Part shown: positions 1-11,960 of the stretch, piece after piece
Layout: the number at the start of each line of letters is the position of its first letter
Position numbering within the stretch: position 1 is the first letter of the stretch
Source: Alphaproteobacteria bacterium
GTDB lineage: Bacteria; Pseudomonadota; Alphaproteobacteria; Caedimonadales; UBA9215
Length of the DNA: 64,000 nt
Assembly (NCBI GenBank): GCA_024281375.1
Contig: JAJSAD010000020.1
Coordinates: 7,070-71,069, forward strand
Direction: 5' to 3'
Program-made: the position numbers and the translations under genes
The notes under the pieces: model-generated
Databases searched by the model: none
The model's input: the letters and a program-made list of their open reading frames with translations, nothing else
Told to the model about the DNA's origin: nothing

Positions 1-97
1 ACATCAAATTTTTCACCCTTGATTATTTCTTCATTTCCTATAAAAAAGTCTTATGACAATATTGTCATTTTTAACCAAAATGTATGAGGACTATAAT

Positions 98-691
98 ATG
101 AAGAAAAATTTATTGCTTGTCTTGGCTTTTGCCATGGGTATCTGTCAAGTATCTGCATCAGATCTTGTTGTTGAAGAGATAGACTCCCCTTCTGTTTCTA
201 CTGCTGCTACCTTATTGACGGCTCTCAGTCTGGATGATTTGTTAGCTGTTGGACAGAGTCAGACTAAAATACTGTTCAAAGCAGAGGCTTTAATTGTAAA
301 AACTCTTCTAGACACCCAACCTGATTTGCAAAAACGCGTGGAGGTTTTGAGTGGGTTGCATGTTGAGGTAGGTTTGATAAAAAGTATTCTTTTTTCCCCC
401 CACTATATAGAGCATTGTTTTAATAGAGATGCTGATACTATTTTAGGACAACATGATGATCTCACAAGACACAGTAAATATTATAAAGAATTAATGAGCC
501 GCTCTATAACCGGTGAAACTATTACGAGTGAAATGATTCTTGATATCCAAAGGGATCGAACGCATTTAGTTTCTTTTGAGACTTGTGAAAAGTATGTACA
601 GGAGAAATTCGAAAACTTTATCACAATGCTCATTGGAGGTTCTTTAGTGGATGTTTCCATAAAAGACTCTAAAGAGGACCTTGATGAATAA
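98..691 (+). CDS. Hypothetical secreted protein
   Basis: ORF 53..691. Better start is ATG 98 after GAGGA. N-terminus MKKNLLLVLAFAMGICQVSA looks like a Sec signal peptide. Confidence 0.7.
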   Translation: MKKNLLLVLAFAMGICQVSASDLVVEEIDSPSVSTAATLLTALSLDDLLAVGQSQTKILFKAEALIVKTLLDTQPDLQKRVEVLSGLHVEVGLIKSILFSPHYIEHCFNRDADTILGQHDDLTRHSKYYKELMSRSITGETITSEMILDIQRDRTHLVSFETCEKYVQEKFENFITMLIGGSLVDVSIKDSKEDLDE

Positions 692-717
692 TTAACTTTG
701 TCATGAATTTATATTAG

Positions 718-752
718 AAAGCCTCTGGGGATATTGCCTAGAGGCTTTTTTT
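718..752 (+). terminator. Intrinsic terminator
   Basis: AAAGCCTCT...AGAGGCTTT stem followed by a T run, just after the stop at 691. Confidence 0.75.
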
Positions 753-755
753 CTT

Positions 756-786
756 TATACCCAGACGTCGAAACTGAATGGGTATA
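756..786. repeat. Short TA-bounded palindrome, possible deletion derivative of the MITE family
   Basis: TATACCCA-GACGTCGAAACTGAA-TGGGTATA. Shares CCCAGACGTCG with the MITE copy at 49630. Confidence 0.4.
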
Positions 787-788
787 TA

Positions 789-1217
789 ATGCCGTACATG
801 ATAGATTTTAATGACCTTTTCAAAGGCAAGTACGCCTTTCAACGCCAAGTAACGGGACTTTTTCCGGATGTTCTTTCATTTGAGGGGCAAGCCGTTTTTA
901 AGCAAATAAGCCCCTCACGACAGACCTATGAAGAATTTGGATCTTACCTCCATAATAACCAAGTGATTGAGTTTCAGACCTCGTATATTTATGAGATTAT
1001 CTCTCCTCAGCACTGCCAGGTTCTTTTTCCCGATGGTCGTTTGTTTTATGAGCTTTTCCAAAACCCTCAGGATATTCAACATATTTGCGGACATGATCAT
1101 TATCAGGGGTATTTTGAGGTTCTTTCACAGAATGAATGGCAACTGTCTTGGGGGATTAAAGGTCCTCGAAAGGACCTGAAAATTCTGACATCCTATCATC
1201 GCGAATCTATGCTATGA
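789..1217 (+). CDS. DUF6314-like protein
   Basis: F-P-DGR-F, H-C-D-Y-G and W-I-GPRKD pattern. Confidence 0.65.
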   Translation: MPYMIDFNDLFKGKYAFQRQVTGLFPDVLSFEGQAVFKQISPSRQTYEEFGSYLHNNQVIEFQTSYIYEIISPQHCQVLFPDGRLFYELFQNPQDIQHICGHDHYQGYFEVLSQNEWQLSWGIKGPRKDLKILTSYHRESML

Positions 1218-1224
1218 TTGTTCG

Positions 1225-2124
1225 ATGATGTCAGAAATTAATTCCATTAAAACAGAGCATATAACTCATCTATCGACCCTTGCGGATCGCTATAATGTCT
1301 TTGTTTTTCCTATTTTTGGGACCCTTCATAATGGTAAGCATCTCAGTGAAGACGCGTTTAGATGTTTGCTCAATCTGTCTGAACTCGGCAAGACCGTTAC
1401 GATTTTTTCCAATGTGCCCAAGCGCCGCCATGTGTTGATTCAAGATTTAGCCACCATTGGGATTCCACCCTCTCTTTATCAACATGTGATCACCTCTGGT
1501 GAGGAGGCCTTTCATGCGCTTCAGAGTCGTAAAGATCCTTTTCATTCAAACTTGGGAAAAAAGTGTTACATCATTGGCTCATCAAGTTCTCTCAATTTAT
1601 TAAAAGGCCTCGATCTGCACCATGTGACTTTTATTGACGAAGCTGATTTTGTCTTAGCACTGGGGGCCGATGAGTGGCATGCTGATTTGGATTACTATAA
1701 ACCGATTCTCAAGAAAGCTTATGATTTAGAGTTACCCATGGTGTGTGCGAGCCCTGATTTATATGTGAAATATCAAGGGGAAAAATCTATCCGTGCGGGT
1801 GCTCTCGCCCAGTATTATGAAGCTCTTGGGGGAGAGGTTGCTTACCATGGAAAGCCCCATAAAGCTTTCTATAAATCTCTCTTAAAAGATTTAGAGCCCT
1901 TCCAAAAAACCGATGTTCTTATCTTGGGAGATTCTTATTTAACTGATATTGCGGGTGCTATCAATATGAGCATTGATTCTCTATTATGTATTACCGATAC
2001 AACCTCTATCGATCTCAATATGACACGCCAGGAATATGAGACATTTTCCCTCGAAGACCTTGAAAAACGTATTTATTCTTTGGGGGTGGCCCCCACCTAT
2101 ATTATGAAAAAATTGTGTTGGTAG
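1225..2124 (+). CDS. HAD-superfamily class IIA hydrolase-like protein (TIGR01459 type), motif I degenerate
   Basis: G-LHNG, SN-P-R, TSGE, GKPH and GDS--TDI-GA motifs. Motif I Asp is replaced by Pro. Confidence 0.85.
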   Translation: MMSEINSIKTEHITHLSTLADRYNVFVFPIFGTLHNGKHLSEDAFRCLLNLSELGKTVTIFSNVPKRRHVLIQDLATIGIPPSLYQHVITSGEEAFHALQSRKDPFHSNLGKKCYIIGSSSSLNLLKGLDLHHVTFIDEADFVLALGADEWHADLDYYKPILKKAYDLELPMVCASPDLYVKYQGEKSIRAGALAQYYEALGGEVAYHGKPHKAFYKSLLKDLEPFQKTDVLILGDSYLTDIAGAINMSIDSLLCITDTTSIDLNMTRQEYETFSLEDLEKRIYSLGVAPTYIMKKLCW

Positions 2125-2137
2125 GTTTAGAAATTCC

Positions 2138-3448
2138 ATGACCCTAAGTCTTATTTTATCTTTGTTGGCTATAGTTGTTCTCATTCTCTTGTCGGCTATT
2201 TTTTCAGGAACAGAAGCGGCTTTTTTGGCGGCCTCTCGTGCAAAACTCCATAGCCTTAGCAAAGAGGGAAACAAAAGAGCTATCCTTGTTTCGGCCTTGA
2301 AGGAAAAAATGGAGAAGGTTATTGGGACTTTATTGATCTGTAATAATCTGGTGAATATTTTGGCCTCAGCCCTTGCAACGGGGGTTCTCATTTCCTTAGT
2401 GGGAGAAGCGGGTGTTGTGTATGCAACGGCAGTGATGACTATTCTTATAGTGGTCTTTGCAGAAGTTGTTCCTAAGTTTTATGCCATGCGTCATTCCGAG
2501 GGCTTTGCCATGGGAATTGCCCCTATTTTAAAAGGGGTGGTATCTGTTTTTAAACCTGTTACACGGCTTTTTGAGTGGATCGCGAGAGGCGTTTTGCGCG
2601 CTTTGGGTGTCAACGTGAGCTCTGGCGGAATGCTCGCGAGTACTATTGAAGAGCTGCGCGGTATCATTGACCTTCACCAAGGAGATGCAGAAACTATGGA
2701 AGAGCGTGCAATGCTTCATAGTGTGTTGGATTTGGGTGATGTGGATGTCGAAGAAGTGATGGTCCATCGTAAAGAAATCAAATTGCTTAATTTGGATGAC
2801 GCGCCTCAGAAGATTATTTCCGAAGTGGTGGAATCACACCACACACGTTTGCCTATTTATCAAAGCGATCCTGATAATATTATTGGGATTATCCATGCTA
2901 AAAAATTCTTAAAGCTTATTAAAGAGCATCAAGAAAAGCACACTGAAATGACCCAAGAGGATATTTTACAGTGTGCAAAGAAGCCTTGGTTCATACCAGA
3001 AACCACAACATTGTTTGAGCAATTGCAAGCCTTTCGAAAGCGTCGAGAACATATGGCGTTGGTGGTGGATGAATATGGAGCGTTGCAAGGTATTGTGACC
3101 CTTGAAGATATTATCGAAGAGATTGTGGGGGATATTGATGATGAGCATGACCCTAATAAAACAGGCTTTTGGAAAACATCAAATGGAGATATTTTTGCGG
3201 TGGGTGTCTCAACAATTCGAGACCTTAACCGTCACTATGATTGGGAATTACCCGATGAGGATGCGGCAACCCTTGCAGGGCTGCTCATGCATGAAGCCAG
3301 AGCCATTCCCAAAATTGGTCAAATATTTAAGATTTCAGGCTTTAAGATGAAAGTGCTGCGGCGTTTGCGTAATCAAATTACCCTGATTAAGATTGAAGTT
3401 CCTTTATTACAGGATAATCAGGAGGACGATGATGTTTCTTCAGAGTAA
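2138..3448 (+). CDS. HlyC/CorC (CNNM) family Mg2+/Co2+ transporter
   Basis: SAIFSGTEAAF, NNLVNILAS, AEVVPK, CBS pair (VVDEYG, TLEDIIEEIVGDI) and CorC C-terminal domain. Confidence 0.93.
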   Translation: MTLSLILSLLAIVVLILLSAIFSGTEAAFLAASRAKLHSLSKEGNKRAILVSALKEKMEKVIGTLLICNNLVNILASALATGVLISLVGEAGVVYATAVMTILIVVFAEVVPKFYAMRHSEGFAMGIAPILKGVVSVFKPVTRLFEWIARGVLRALGVNVSSGGMLASTIEELRGIIDLHQGDAETMEERAMLHSVLDLGDVDVEEVMVHRKEIKLLNLDDAPQKIISEVVESHHTRLPIYQSDPDNIIGIIHAKKFLKLIKEHQEKHTEMTQEDILQCAKKPWFIPETTTLFEQLQAFRKRREHMALVVDEYGALQGIVTLEDIIEEIVGDIDDEHDPNKTGFWKTSNGDIFAVGVSTIRDLNRHYDWELPDEDAATLAGLLMHEARAIPKIGQIFKISGFKMKVLRRLRNQITLIKIEVPLLQDNQEDDDVSSE

Positions 3449-3686
3449 AATCCACCAAAAACTCGACATTGAATTTTCTCCAACGATCCTTGAAGTTGTT
3501 AATGATTCCCATAAACACAAAGGTCATAAAGGGTCGCCCGGGACAGGGGAATCTCATTTCACAGTCAAAATTTCAACGGTTGCTTTTAAGGGTCTCTCTC
3601 GTATTGCGTCTCATCAATTGATCTACAAGGTCTTAGAGGATGAGTTCAAAGAAGGCCTTCACGCTTTATCCATTAAAGTTATCTAG
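3429..3686 (+). CDS. bolA: BolA family protein
   Basis: NDSHKHKGH...GESHF, F-GLSRI--HQLIY, LHALSI. Start chosen after GGAGG at 3421. Confidence 0.92.
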   Translation: MMFLQSKIHQKLDIEFSPTILEVVNDSHKHKGHKGSPGTGESHFTVKISTVAFKGLSRIASHQLIYKVLEDEFKEGLHALSIKVI

Positions 3687-4820
3687 GATCCATTGACGTT
3701 CTCGTTTTTTGAGTTCCTTGCCAAGGTCGGGACCGGGCTTAATGCCTTCGTTGAGGAGGTCTTGGCCTGTTATAGGAAAAGGCGTGTGTACCCAGTCTAA
3801 AATAGTTTGGAGGATGTCTTTATCAAGGCCTTTTTGCTCGTGAGCTGTTTTGCTCAGGAACCAAGCTAGTGTGTGTTCTTTGCCTTGAAAGTGAAGGATG
3901 ATTGCCAAGGGTTCTTTATGATGACTCATCAGGGACTCTAGCTTTAGGAGCCATTTAGACTCTTTGTTGGAAAATTTATAACGTTCGAGAATCCAATCTA
4001 GGGTTGTTTTATCTTGATTAATAAGATTATAAAGCCTCGTGAGAGGGCAGGGGGGGAGGTTAAACTGATGCTCTAAATCAATAAGAATTCTAAGGCAATC
4101 GGGCACGGTTTTTTGGTGTGTTAGGATTTCAAGAACGCCTGTGGTGGCCATGAATTGAAGAGAGTTTCTGGGATCTTCGTGGGTTAAGAGGCGTAAGAGT
4201 TCGCTGCGAATACGCTCACCTGAAATATCCTCAAGACCCTGGCGATTTTCCGTTAGCGCTTTAAGGGTTCCAGGACCAGGAGCTTGTTTTGAAAACCGGG
4301 CATAAAAGCGGAAATAACGCAAAATCCGGAGGTAATCTTCTTGGATTCTTGCATTGGGATCTCCAATAAAACGCACGATGCCATCGTGGAGATCCTGTAC
4401 ACCATTCCAAGGATCGTAAATCTCCCCATTTTGACTCAGGTAGAGTGCGTTAAAGGTAAAGTCCCGTCTCGCCGCATCCTCTTCCCAACTATCTGTAAAG
4501 GCCACAATGGCATGGCGACCGTCGGTTTCCTCATCTCGGCGCAGGGTTGTGATCTCAAAACCTTGTCCCTCAAGGACAGCCATGATGGTACCGTGAGCAA
4601 TGCCTGTTGGGATCACTTTTATATCTTTTTTCTCGAGGAATTTTGTTATTTCCTCCGGTTTATAAGAGGTTGCGAGGTCAATATCTTGAACAGGTTTTCC
4701 GATGAGAGCATCCCGTACGCACCCTCCAACGAACCGAAGGGTCCTTTGAGCATGAGGTACGGCTTCAAAGAGCCGTTTGATAGGAGCGCTAGTCATCCAA
4801 GGTTGGGGTTTAAAAATCAC
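3666..4820 (-). CDS. cca: CCA tRNA nucleotidyltransferase
   Basis: VGGCVRD, DIDLAT, EITTLRRD, DAARRDFTFNAL, RIQEDYLRILR. Confidence 0.92.
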   Translation of the reverse strand: MIFKPQPWMTSAPIKRLFEAVPHAQRTLRFVGGCVRDALIGKPVQDIDLATSYKPEEITKFLEKKDIKVIPTGIAHGTIMAVLEGQGFEITTLRRDEETDGRHAIVAFTDSWEEDAARRDFTFNALYLSQNGEIYDPWNGVQDLHDGIVRFIGDPNARIQEDYLRILRYFRFYARFSKQAPGPGTLKALTENRQGLEDISGERIRSELLRLLTHEDPRNSLQFMATTGVLEILTHQKTVPDCLRILIDLEHQFNLPPCPLTRLYNLINQDKTTLDWILERYKFSNKESKWLLKLESLMSHHKEPLAIILHFQGKEHTLAWFLSKTAHEQKGLDKDILQTILDWVHTPFPITGQDLLNEGIKPGPDLGKELKKRERQWILDNFNG

Positions 4821-4849
4821 CGCAAATCCTCTTGAAAGATTTTCAATTT

Positions 4850-6283
<1,434 letters not shown>

Positions 6284-6314
6284 TTATTCTCCTTATCATA
6301 GAAAAAGTCATTTT

Positions 6315-7202
6315 TTATACCGCATCGGCCCCTGAGATAATCTCAATAAGCTCACTGGTAATCACAGCTTGGCGGGTTCGGTTGTAAGTTAAATTCAAGT
6401 TACCAATCATATCTTCAGCATTTCGGGTGGCCCCATCCATGGCCGCCATACGAGCCCCATGTTCACTGGCTGTACTTTCCAAAAGGGCGCTAAAAATCTG
6501 GACCTTAATATTGCGAGGCAAAAGACGATCTAGAACATCTTCTTGAGAAGGCTCATATTCATAGATAGAAGCAAGAGGATTAACAGTTTCTGTCGTGTCT
6601 TCCTCAGAATTTTTCCTCTTGAAAGGGATCAGTTGCTGGGCTGTTGGTTCCTGAACAAGGGCTGAAATAAATTTATTATAAACCAAAGTACAGACGTCAA
6701 ACTCACCCTTTGCAAAGCGCTCTACAATATCGAGGGCAATGGCTTCCGCATTAAAAAAGCGGGGGTTTGTAATACAAAGGTGTTTTCCAACGATTTGAGA
6801 CTCGTACTCCGCACGTAATAAATCTACGCCTTTTCTCCCAACAACAATGATCTGGACATCTTTTCTATCGGACTCCAAGGATCGGGCGAGTTTTTTCAGT
6901 AGTCTTGTCACCGTGGTGTTAAACCCCCCACATAAACCGCGATTAGAGGTGATAATAACAATAAGATGCTTTTTGTTGCTTCCTGTACCTACCAAAAGCT
7001 TTGGTGCATTATCTGTCTCTGTTTGTTTTTCAACAAGATCAGCCATAATACGCCCCATTTCATTGGCATATGGACGGGAAGATTCAGCCGCCTCTTGTGC
7101 TTTTTTAAGCTTAGCCGCCGCAATCATTTTCATAGCCGAAGTGATTTTCTTGGTGGATTGAACACTTTTGATACGATTGCGTAAGTCTTTTAAGTTTGAC
7201 AT
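6315..7202 (-). CDS. atpG: F1 ATP synthase gamma subunit
   Basis: KITSAMKMIAAAKL, RGLCGGFN, YNRTRQAVITSELIEIISGA. Confidence 0.98.
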   Translation of the reverse strand: MSNLKDLRNRIKSVQSTKKITSAMKMIAAAKLKKAQEAAESSRPYANEMGRIMADLVEKQTETDNAPKLLVGTGSNKKHLIVIITSNRGLCGGFNTTVTRLLKKLARSLESDRKDVQIIVVGRKGVDLLRAEYESQIVGKHLCITNPRFFNAEAIALDIVERFAKGEFDVCTLVYNKFISALVQEPTAQQLIPFKRKNSEEDTTETVNPLASIYEYEPSQEDVLDRLLPRNIKVQIFSALLESTASEHGARMAAMDGATRNAEDMIGNLNLTYNRTRQAVITSELIEIISGADAV

Positions 7203-7229
7203 GGTTTTTCTAACCTTACCTTAATTACC

Positions 7230-8762
7230 TTACGCAAAAACCGTTACAAAATGGGCGCAAAATGCCCCAAGGGCTCTTTCGGTTTCCTCTGTCATTTTTC
7301 CTTCCTTGGTAAGGGAGTCCAGAATTTCAGGTTTCTCGGCCTTGATATTAGAGAGGAGCTCCTGCTCAAAACGTTGAATGTCTTTAATGTCGATTTTATC
7401 AAGATACCCACGGGTTCCCGCAAATAAACTGATCACTTGCTCACTGTTCAAAAGAGGAGAAAATTGATTTTGTTTCAAGAGTTCTGTCAATCGCGCCCCC
7501 CGGGAAAGAAGTTTCTGAGAGGCGGCATCAAGATCCGATGCAAACTGTGCAAACGCGGCCATCTCACGATATTGAGCCAACTCAAGCTTGATACTACCCG
7601 CCACTTGTTTCATGGATTTCATCTGCGCGGCGGACCCCACCCGACTCACAGACAAGCCAACGTTAATGGCCGGGCGAATACCTTTGTAGAACAATTCGCT
7701 TTCCAAGAAAATTTGTCCATCGGTGATGGAAATCACGTTGGTAGGAATATAGGCCGAGACATCACCAGCCTGGGTTTCAATAATGGGGAGGGCCGTTAAA
7801 GAACCACCACCTTCTGCGTCGCTCATTTTAGCAGCGCGCTCAAGCAAACGAGAGTGCAAATAGAAAACATCTCCGGGATAAGCTTCACGACCAGGAGGAC
7901 GGCGCAAGAGCAAAGACATTTGACGATAAGCCACCGCTTGCTTTGAGAGATCATCATAAATAATCAAGGCATGCATGCCATTATCACGGTAATACTCTCC
8001 CATGGCACAACCAGAATAGGGGGCAAGAAACTGAAGCGGGGCGGGGTCAGAGGCCGTTGCCGCAACAATCGTTGTGTATTTCATGGCCCCCGCTTCTTCA
8101 AGGGTCTTCATAATTTGAGCAACAGTGGAGCGTTTTTGCCCAATAGCTACATAGATACAATACAGTTTTTCAGCATCAGTCTTTGCCGCATCATTAATGC
8201 GCTTTTGATTAATGATAGCATCAATAGCGATGGTTGTTTTCCCGGTTTGGCGGTCTCCAATAATAAGCTCACGTTGACCCCGACCAATGGGAACCAGGGA
8301 ATCAATGGCCTTAATACCTGTCGCCATAGGCTCATCAGCGGATTTACGGGCAATAATACCCGGGGCTTTTGTCTCAACGAGGGCTCGTTTTGTTGTTTTC
8401 AAAGGACCTTTGGCATCAATAGGCTGACCCAAGCCATCAACAACGCGCCAGCAAAGCTCTTTTCCCACAGGAACATCAACGATTGTCCCCGTCCGACGAA
8501 CCGTATCTCCCTCTTTAATTTTTGTATCGTCTCCAAAAATAACGATACCCACGTTGTCGTTTTCTAAGTTCAAGGCCATGCCTTTTGTGCCATCGGCAAA
8601 CTCAAGGAGTTCGGAAGCTTGAACGTTCTCAAGACCATAAGCGCGGGCGATTCCATCACCGACCTCAAGAATTTTACCGACCTCGGCAAATTCAGCCTCG
8701 GCATTATAATTAGCGATTTGTTCTTTAATGATGCTGGAAATTTCGGCTGCACGTAATTCCAT
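7230..8762 (-). CDS. atpA: F1 ATP synthase alpha subunit
   Basis: [33 protein letters not shown]. Confidence 0.99.
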   Translation of the reverse strand: MELRAAEISSIIKEQIANYNAEAEFAEVGKILEVGDGIARAYGLENVQASELLEFADGTKGMALNLENDNVGIVIFGDDTKIKEGDTVRRTGTIVDVPVGKELCWRVVDGLGQPIDAKGPLKTTKRALVETKAPGIIARKSADEPMATGIKAIDSLVPIGRGQRELIIGDRQTGKTTIAIDAIINQKRINDAAKTDAEKLYCIYVAIGQKRSTVAQIMKTLEEAGAMKYTTIVAATASDPAPLQFLAPYSGCAMGEYYRDNGMHALIIYDDLSKQAVAYRQMSLLLRRPPGREAYPGDVFYLHSRLLERAAKMSDAEGGGSLTALPIIETQAGDVSAYIPTNVISITDGQIFLESELFYKGIRPAINVGLSVSRVGSAAQMKSMKQVAGSIKLELAQYREMAAFAQFASDLDAASQKLLSRGARLTELLKQNQFSPLLNSEQVISLFAGTRGYLDKIDIKDIQRFEQELLSNIKAEKPEILDSLTKEGKMTEETERALGAFCAHFVTVFA

Positions 8763-8763
8763 A

Positions 8764-9303
8764 TTAGGAAGCCCCTTTTAATATTCTACTTAGATTGGCG
8801 AGTTGTGTGAGGAGAGATGAATCAATTTGATGGGAACCGACTTGAACGCGAAAGCCCCCGAGTAAAGATTCATTGACCTTATAATGAAGAATAAGATTTG
8901 TTTTGAAGCGATCTTCCAAAAGCTCTTTAAATTTTTCCTGAAGGTCTTTCGTTAGGGCATGAGCCGTTTCAATAGAGGCCTTCGAGATATTATTTTCTAC
9001 GTGGTAAAGATCATGATAGGCCTCAATAATCTGGGGAAGGGCCCGTAAGCGACCTTCTTGAACAATATGCAATAGGAAAGAAGTGAGGTCCTCAGAAGCT
9101 TTCCCTTTTTTACAGATTGCAGCTATGGTTTTATAGGCAATTTCTTGCGGGATAAGAGGATTTTCAAGCAGCATTAAAAAGTTGCTAGATCCAATCATCC
9201 AGTTTTTAAATTGACCTAAGTCATTATAGTATTGTTCTTTTTCAACGGCCGTTTTAGCCAGTTGAAAAAGGGCTTTCGCATAGCGCTCTGATACTTGTTT
9301 CAT
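8764..9303 (-). CDS. atpH: F1 ATP synthase delta subunit
   Basis: [25 protein letters not shown]. Directly upstream of atpA. Confidence 0.93.
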   Translation of the reverse strand: MKQVSERYAKALFQLAKTAVEKEQYYNDLGQFKNWMIGSSNFLMLLENPLIPQEIAYKTIAAICKKGKASEDLTSFLLHIVQEGRLRALPQIIEAYHDLYHVENNISKASIETAHALTKDLQEKFKELLEDRFKTNLILHYKVNESLLGGFRVQVGSHQIDSSLLTQLANLSRILKGAS

Positions 9304-9400
9304 CCCAGAACAAACCCTTGAAAGTTTTCCCTAATTTTTACCACATATATCAAGAGGCCTCAAGGGGGGAAGAGACAATTGTATAAGATTCAGAAATGTT

Positions 9401-11134
9401 TTAAATGGCGATGGTTTGATTATAAAGTATTTTTTTGCCAACAGGTTTCAAAGTCGCTTCTTCCTCTAGTTGAACGGGGTGATTATCTTTAATATAGCCC
9501 ACGGGAAAACCAAAAAATGCTGGTATTATTAAGGTTTTTGAAAATTCCAATAAAATAGACTTTACAATTTCATTATGATCTTTTTGAGGGTCAGCATGGA
9601 GAAAACTCCCAAAAATAAGTGCTTTAGCATCCTGAAATAAACCCGCATGTTTTAATTGATACAAATTTTCTGCAATCAACAGAGGTGATTTGTTAGAGTC
9701 TTCAAAAAAAATAATTTTATCTTTGGTGAGCATTTGCCAGGGTGTCCCAAGAGATCTTTGGATAAGGGTTAAGTTACCCCCTATCATTTTTCCCGTACAA
9801 GGCACTTGTAAGTGGGCAGGGACATTAAGGGGGAGTATAGGCGTTTGAATATCAACATGTTTACAGTTGACAATTTTCTCCATAATCGTTTCAACTGTCG
9901 GCATTTTTGTTCTGTTAATAAAGGTTGTTAAATTAGGTCCATAGATTGTTTTCCATCCCCATTGTTGTGTTAAAAAAAGATGAAGTTCTGTAACGTCACT
10001 AAATCCAATGAGGTTTTTTCTTTTTTTGGGAGGGGATAGTCTGAAAAGCTGTGGTAAGAGGAGAGATGTCCCAAACCCCCCCCGTAAACACCATAAAAAA
10101 TCCGACTGATCAGATTGTAACGCTGTTTTAAGATTTGAAAATCGTTGTATAGGACCACAAACATACAAAGGGTCTTTTCCAAAAAAATCTTGTGTCACAT
10201 GGGCGGCAAGATCCTTTGACGTCAGATAGGAATGCACATCGCTGAGTTCTTTTGGGCAGCAGGGTTCCCCCGTTGCAATAATCTCTATGGTCCTAGAGAC
10301 AATGGTTTTTGAGTTTTGTAAGGGCGTTAATTTTCCAAAAAGAAACCCTTGAGCATACTCAAACTTAAAAGGGGAAAGTGTTTTGACCATGTCTTCATTT
10401 TCAATATGAGACACAATGATAGATATATCATATTTTTTGCAAGTTTCTTTGAATCGTTCTATTTTTGAAACACCTTTTTTTTGTTTCAATATTTTAAGAA
10501 GAAAAGAGGCATTGATTTTTAAAAAATCACAATGTAAATCTTGAAGTTCTAGGAAATTTATGTCCAGATTTTCTATCTGATCAATAGAGAAAAGACATCC
10601 TTCGAATTTTAGTTTTCTTATATTTGATCTGATTTTTGCTAAATTATCTTTATAATTTTCTGCTGAAAATTCAAAAACAATACAGCGCGCTAACTCTGGT
10701 TTGTTACTTAAAAATCTTACAAGACTATTAAAAAAAGTTTTATCCAAAAGGGTTTGAGGAGAAATATTACAAAAAAAACGTGTGTATGTTTTTTTCTTTA
10801 TCGCATTGCGTATCATTTTGATAATATGAAAAATAACCGTATTATCAATGATATTAATGAGATTTATTTCTTCAACGAATTTTATGAATTCGGCTGCTGT
10901 GTAGGATTTTCCGTCTTTTAAAGTAAGGGAAGAATAGCACTCAAAAAAATGTTTTTTACGTTTTTCAAAACTGACAATGGGCTGTATAAATATATTGATA
11001 GAATCTTCTTGTAAGGCATGTGTGATAAGTTGAGTATGATCATCATTGAAAGAAGCAAAGGGGGAAGATTCTTGGGGAGCATAAAAATAATCCTCCTCAT
11101 TTTGAGTCACAGATGATGTTGCTGCTGCTGGCAT
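9401..11134 (-). CDS. Fusion of degenerate EAL domain (N-terminal) and S66 LD-carboxypeptidase-like domain (C-terminal)
   Basis: EAL part: IQPIVS, FFCNIS, IVFEF, FLKIN, YAQGFLFG. S66 part: WCLRGGFG, GFSDVT, GGNL--I--SLGTPW, FFED. Confidence 0.8.
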   Translation of the reverse strand: MPAAATSSVTQNEEDYFYAPQESSPFASFNDDHTQLITHALQEDSINIFIQPIVSFEKRKKHFFECYSSLTLKDGKSYTAAEFIKFVEEINLINIIDNTVIFHIIKMIRNAIKKKTYTRFFCNISPQTLLDKTFFNSLVRFLSNKPELARCIVFEFSAENYKDNLAKIRSNIRKLKFEGCLFSIDQIENLDINFLELQDLHCDFLKINASFLLKILKQKKGVSKIERFKETCKKYDISIIVSHIENEDMVKTLSPFKFEYAQGFLFGKLTPLQNSKTIVSRTIEIIATGEPCCPKELSDVHSYLTSKDLAAHVTQDFFGKDPLYVCGPIQRFSNLKTALQSDQSDFLWCLRGGFGTSLLLPQLFRLSPPKKRKNLIGFSDVTELHLFLTQQWGWKTIYGPNLTTFINRTKMPTVETIMEKIVNCKHVDIQTPILPLNVPAHLQVPCTGKMIGGNLTLIQRSLGTPWQMLTKDKIIFFEDSNKSPLLIAENLYQLKHAGLFQDAKALIFGSFLHADPQKDHNEIVKSILLEFSKTLIIPAFFGFPVGYIKDNHPVQLEEEATLKPVGKKILYNQTIAI

Positions 11135-11266
11135 TCTTTTTCCCTGGTTTGGTGAAAATCTGAGTTTAGAACTCTCGTATCAAGAAGTATTCTAGATCTT
11201 TTCTCCCTTTAAGGGTACCCTCTATAAAAAGTGTTTTTTAGAGGGAGGATATTTATTGGGACAATT

Positions 11267-11809
11267 TTACTCTCCTCTACTTTTTATATAAGCAATAAGA
11301 GCTCCAAAACCAAGGCCAGCAGCGCCAAGGCCAGCATAGGTTAGCCATTTTTGAGAAGGTGGTGGTGGTGGGGTGCCGACCTCCCCTGCATTTCCATTTT
11401 CTAAGTCGTCCTCAGGGATGTTCCATTGGTAGTGATTCCAACGCTCAATACGTTGAAGACGCGCATAAATTTCAAAAGCGTCGACTTCCTTTATGCCCAT
11501 CTCTTTTTGGAGGAGTTCTATGATCTGTCCTCCTAACAGTTGTGTTAAGTATGTGTCGTGTTTATCTTTAGGGATTCTTGAAAGATCGGCTGCTTCCTTA
11601 ACGATGTTTTTCAGATCTTCAAGATGATCTTGAACATGGGCTTGTGCTTGTTTAATTTGGAGATCAGAACTGCCTAAGTTACGGTAGTTTTCTTTGTGTA
11701 TATGTTTATCAAGATCATCAAGGATATTATCTAACGACAGGCTTCCCACAGCCTGTTTTGAAGTCATACAAGTCATTGATATAAAAAATAAAAATATTTT
11801 TATCTGCAT
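11267..11809 (-). CDS. Hypothetical exported protein with C-terminal membrane anchor
   Basis: Hydrophobic N-terminus. C-terminal PPPPP linker, Gly/Ala-rich TM segment and KSR tail. Confidence 0.7.
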   Translation of the reverse strand: MQIKIFLFFISMTCMTSKQAVGSLSLDNILDDLDKHIHKENYRNLGSSDLQIKQAQAHVQDHLEDLKNIVKEAADLSRIPKDKHDTYLTQLLGGQIIELLQKEMGIKEVDAFEIYARLQRIERWNHYQWNIPEDDLENGNAGEVGTPPPPPSQKWLTYAGLGAAGLGFGALIAYIKSRGE

Positions 11810-11960
11810 AATATTCCCCCGTTTCTTTCTTCTTTAAGTTTCTTAAAGAAAGATAAAGAAAGCGTTAATAATCCAGAAAATATCTTTTTATACGGCTCAT
11901 CTGTTTGTTTTACAAAGGCATCCATATCTGATATCCTTTGTTGGAAAACAGAGAGGTCTT

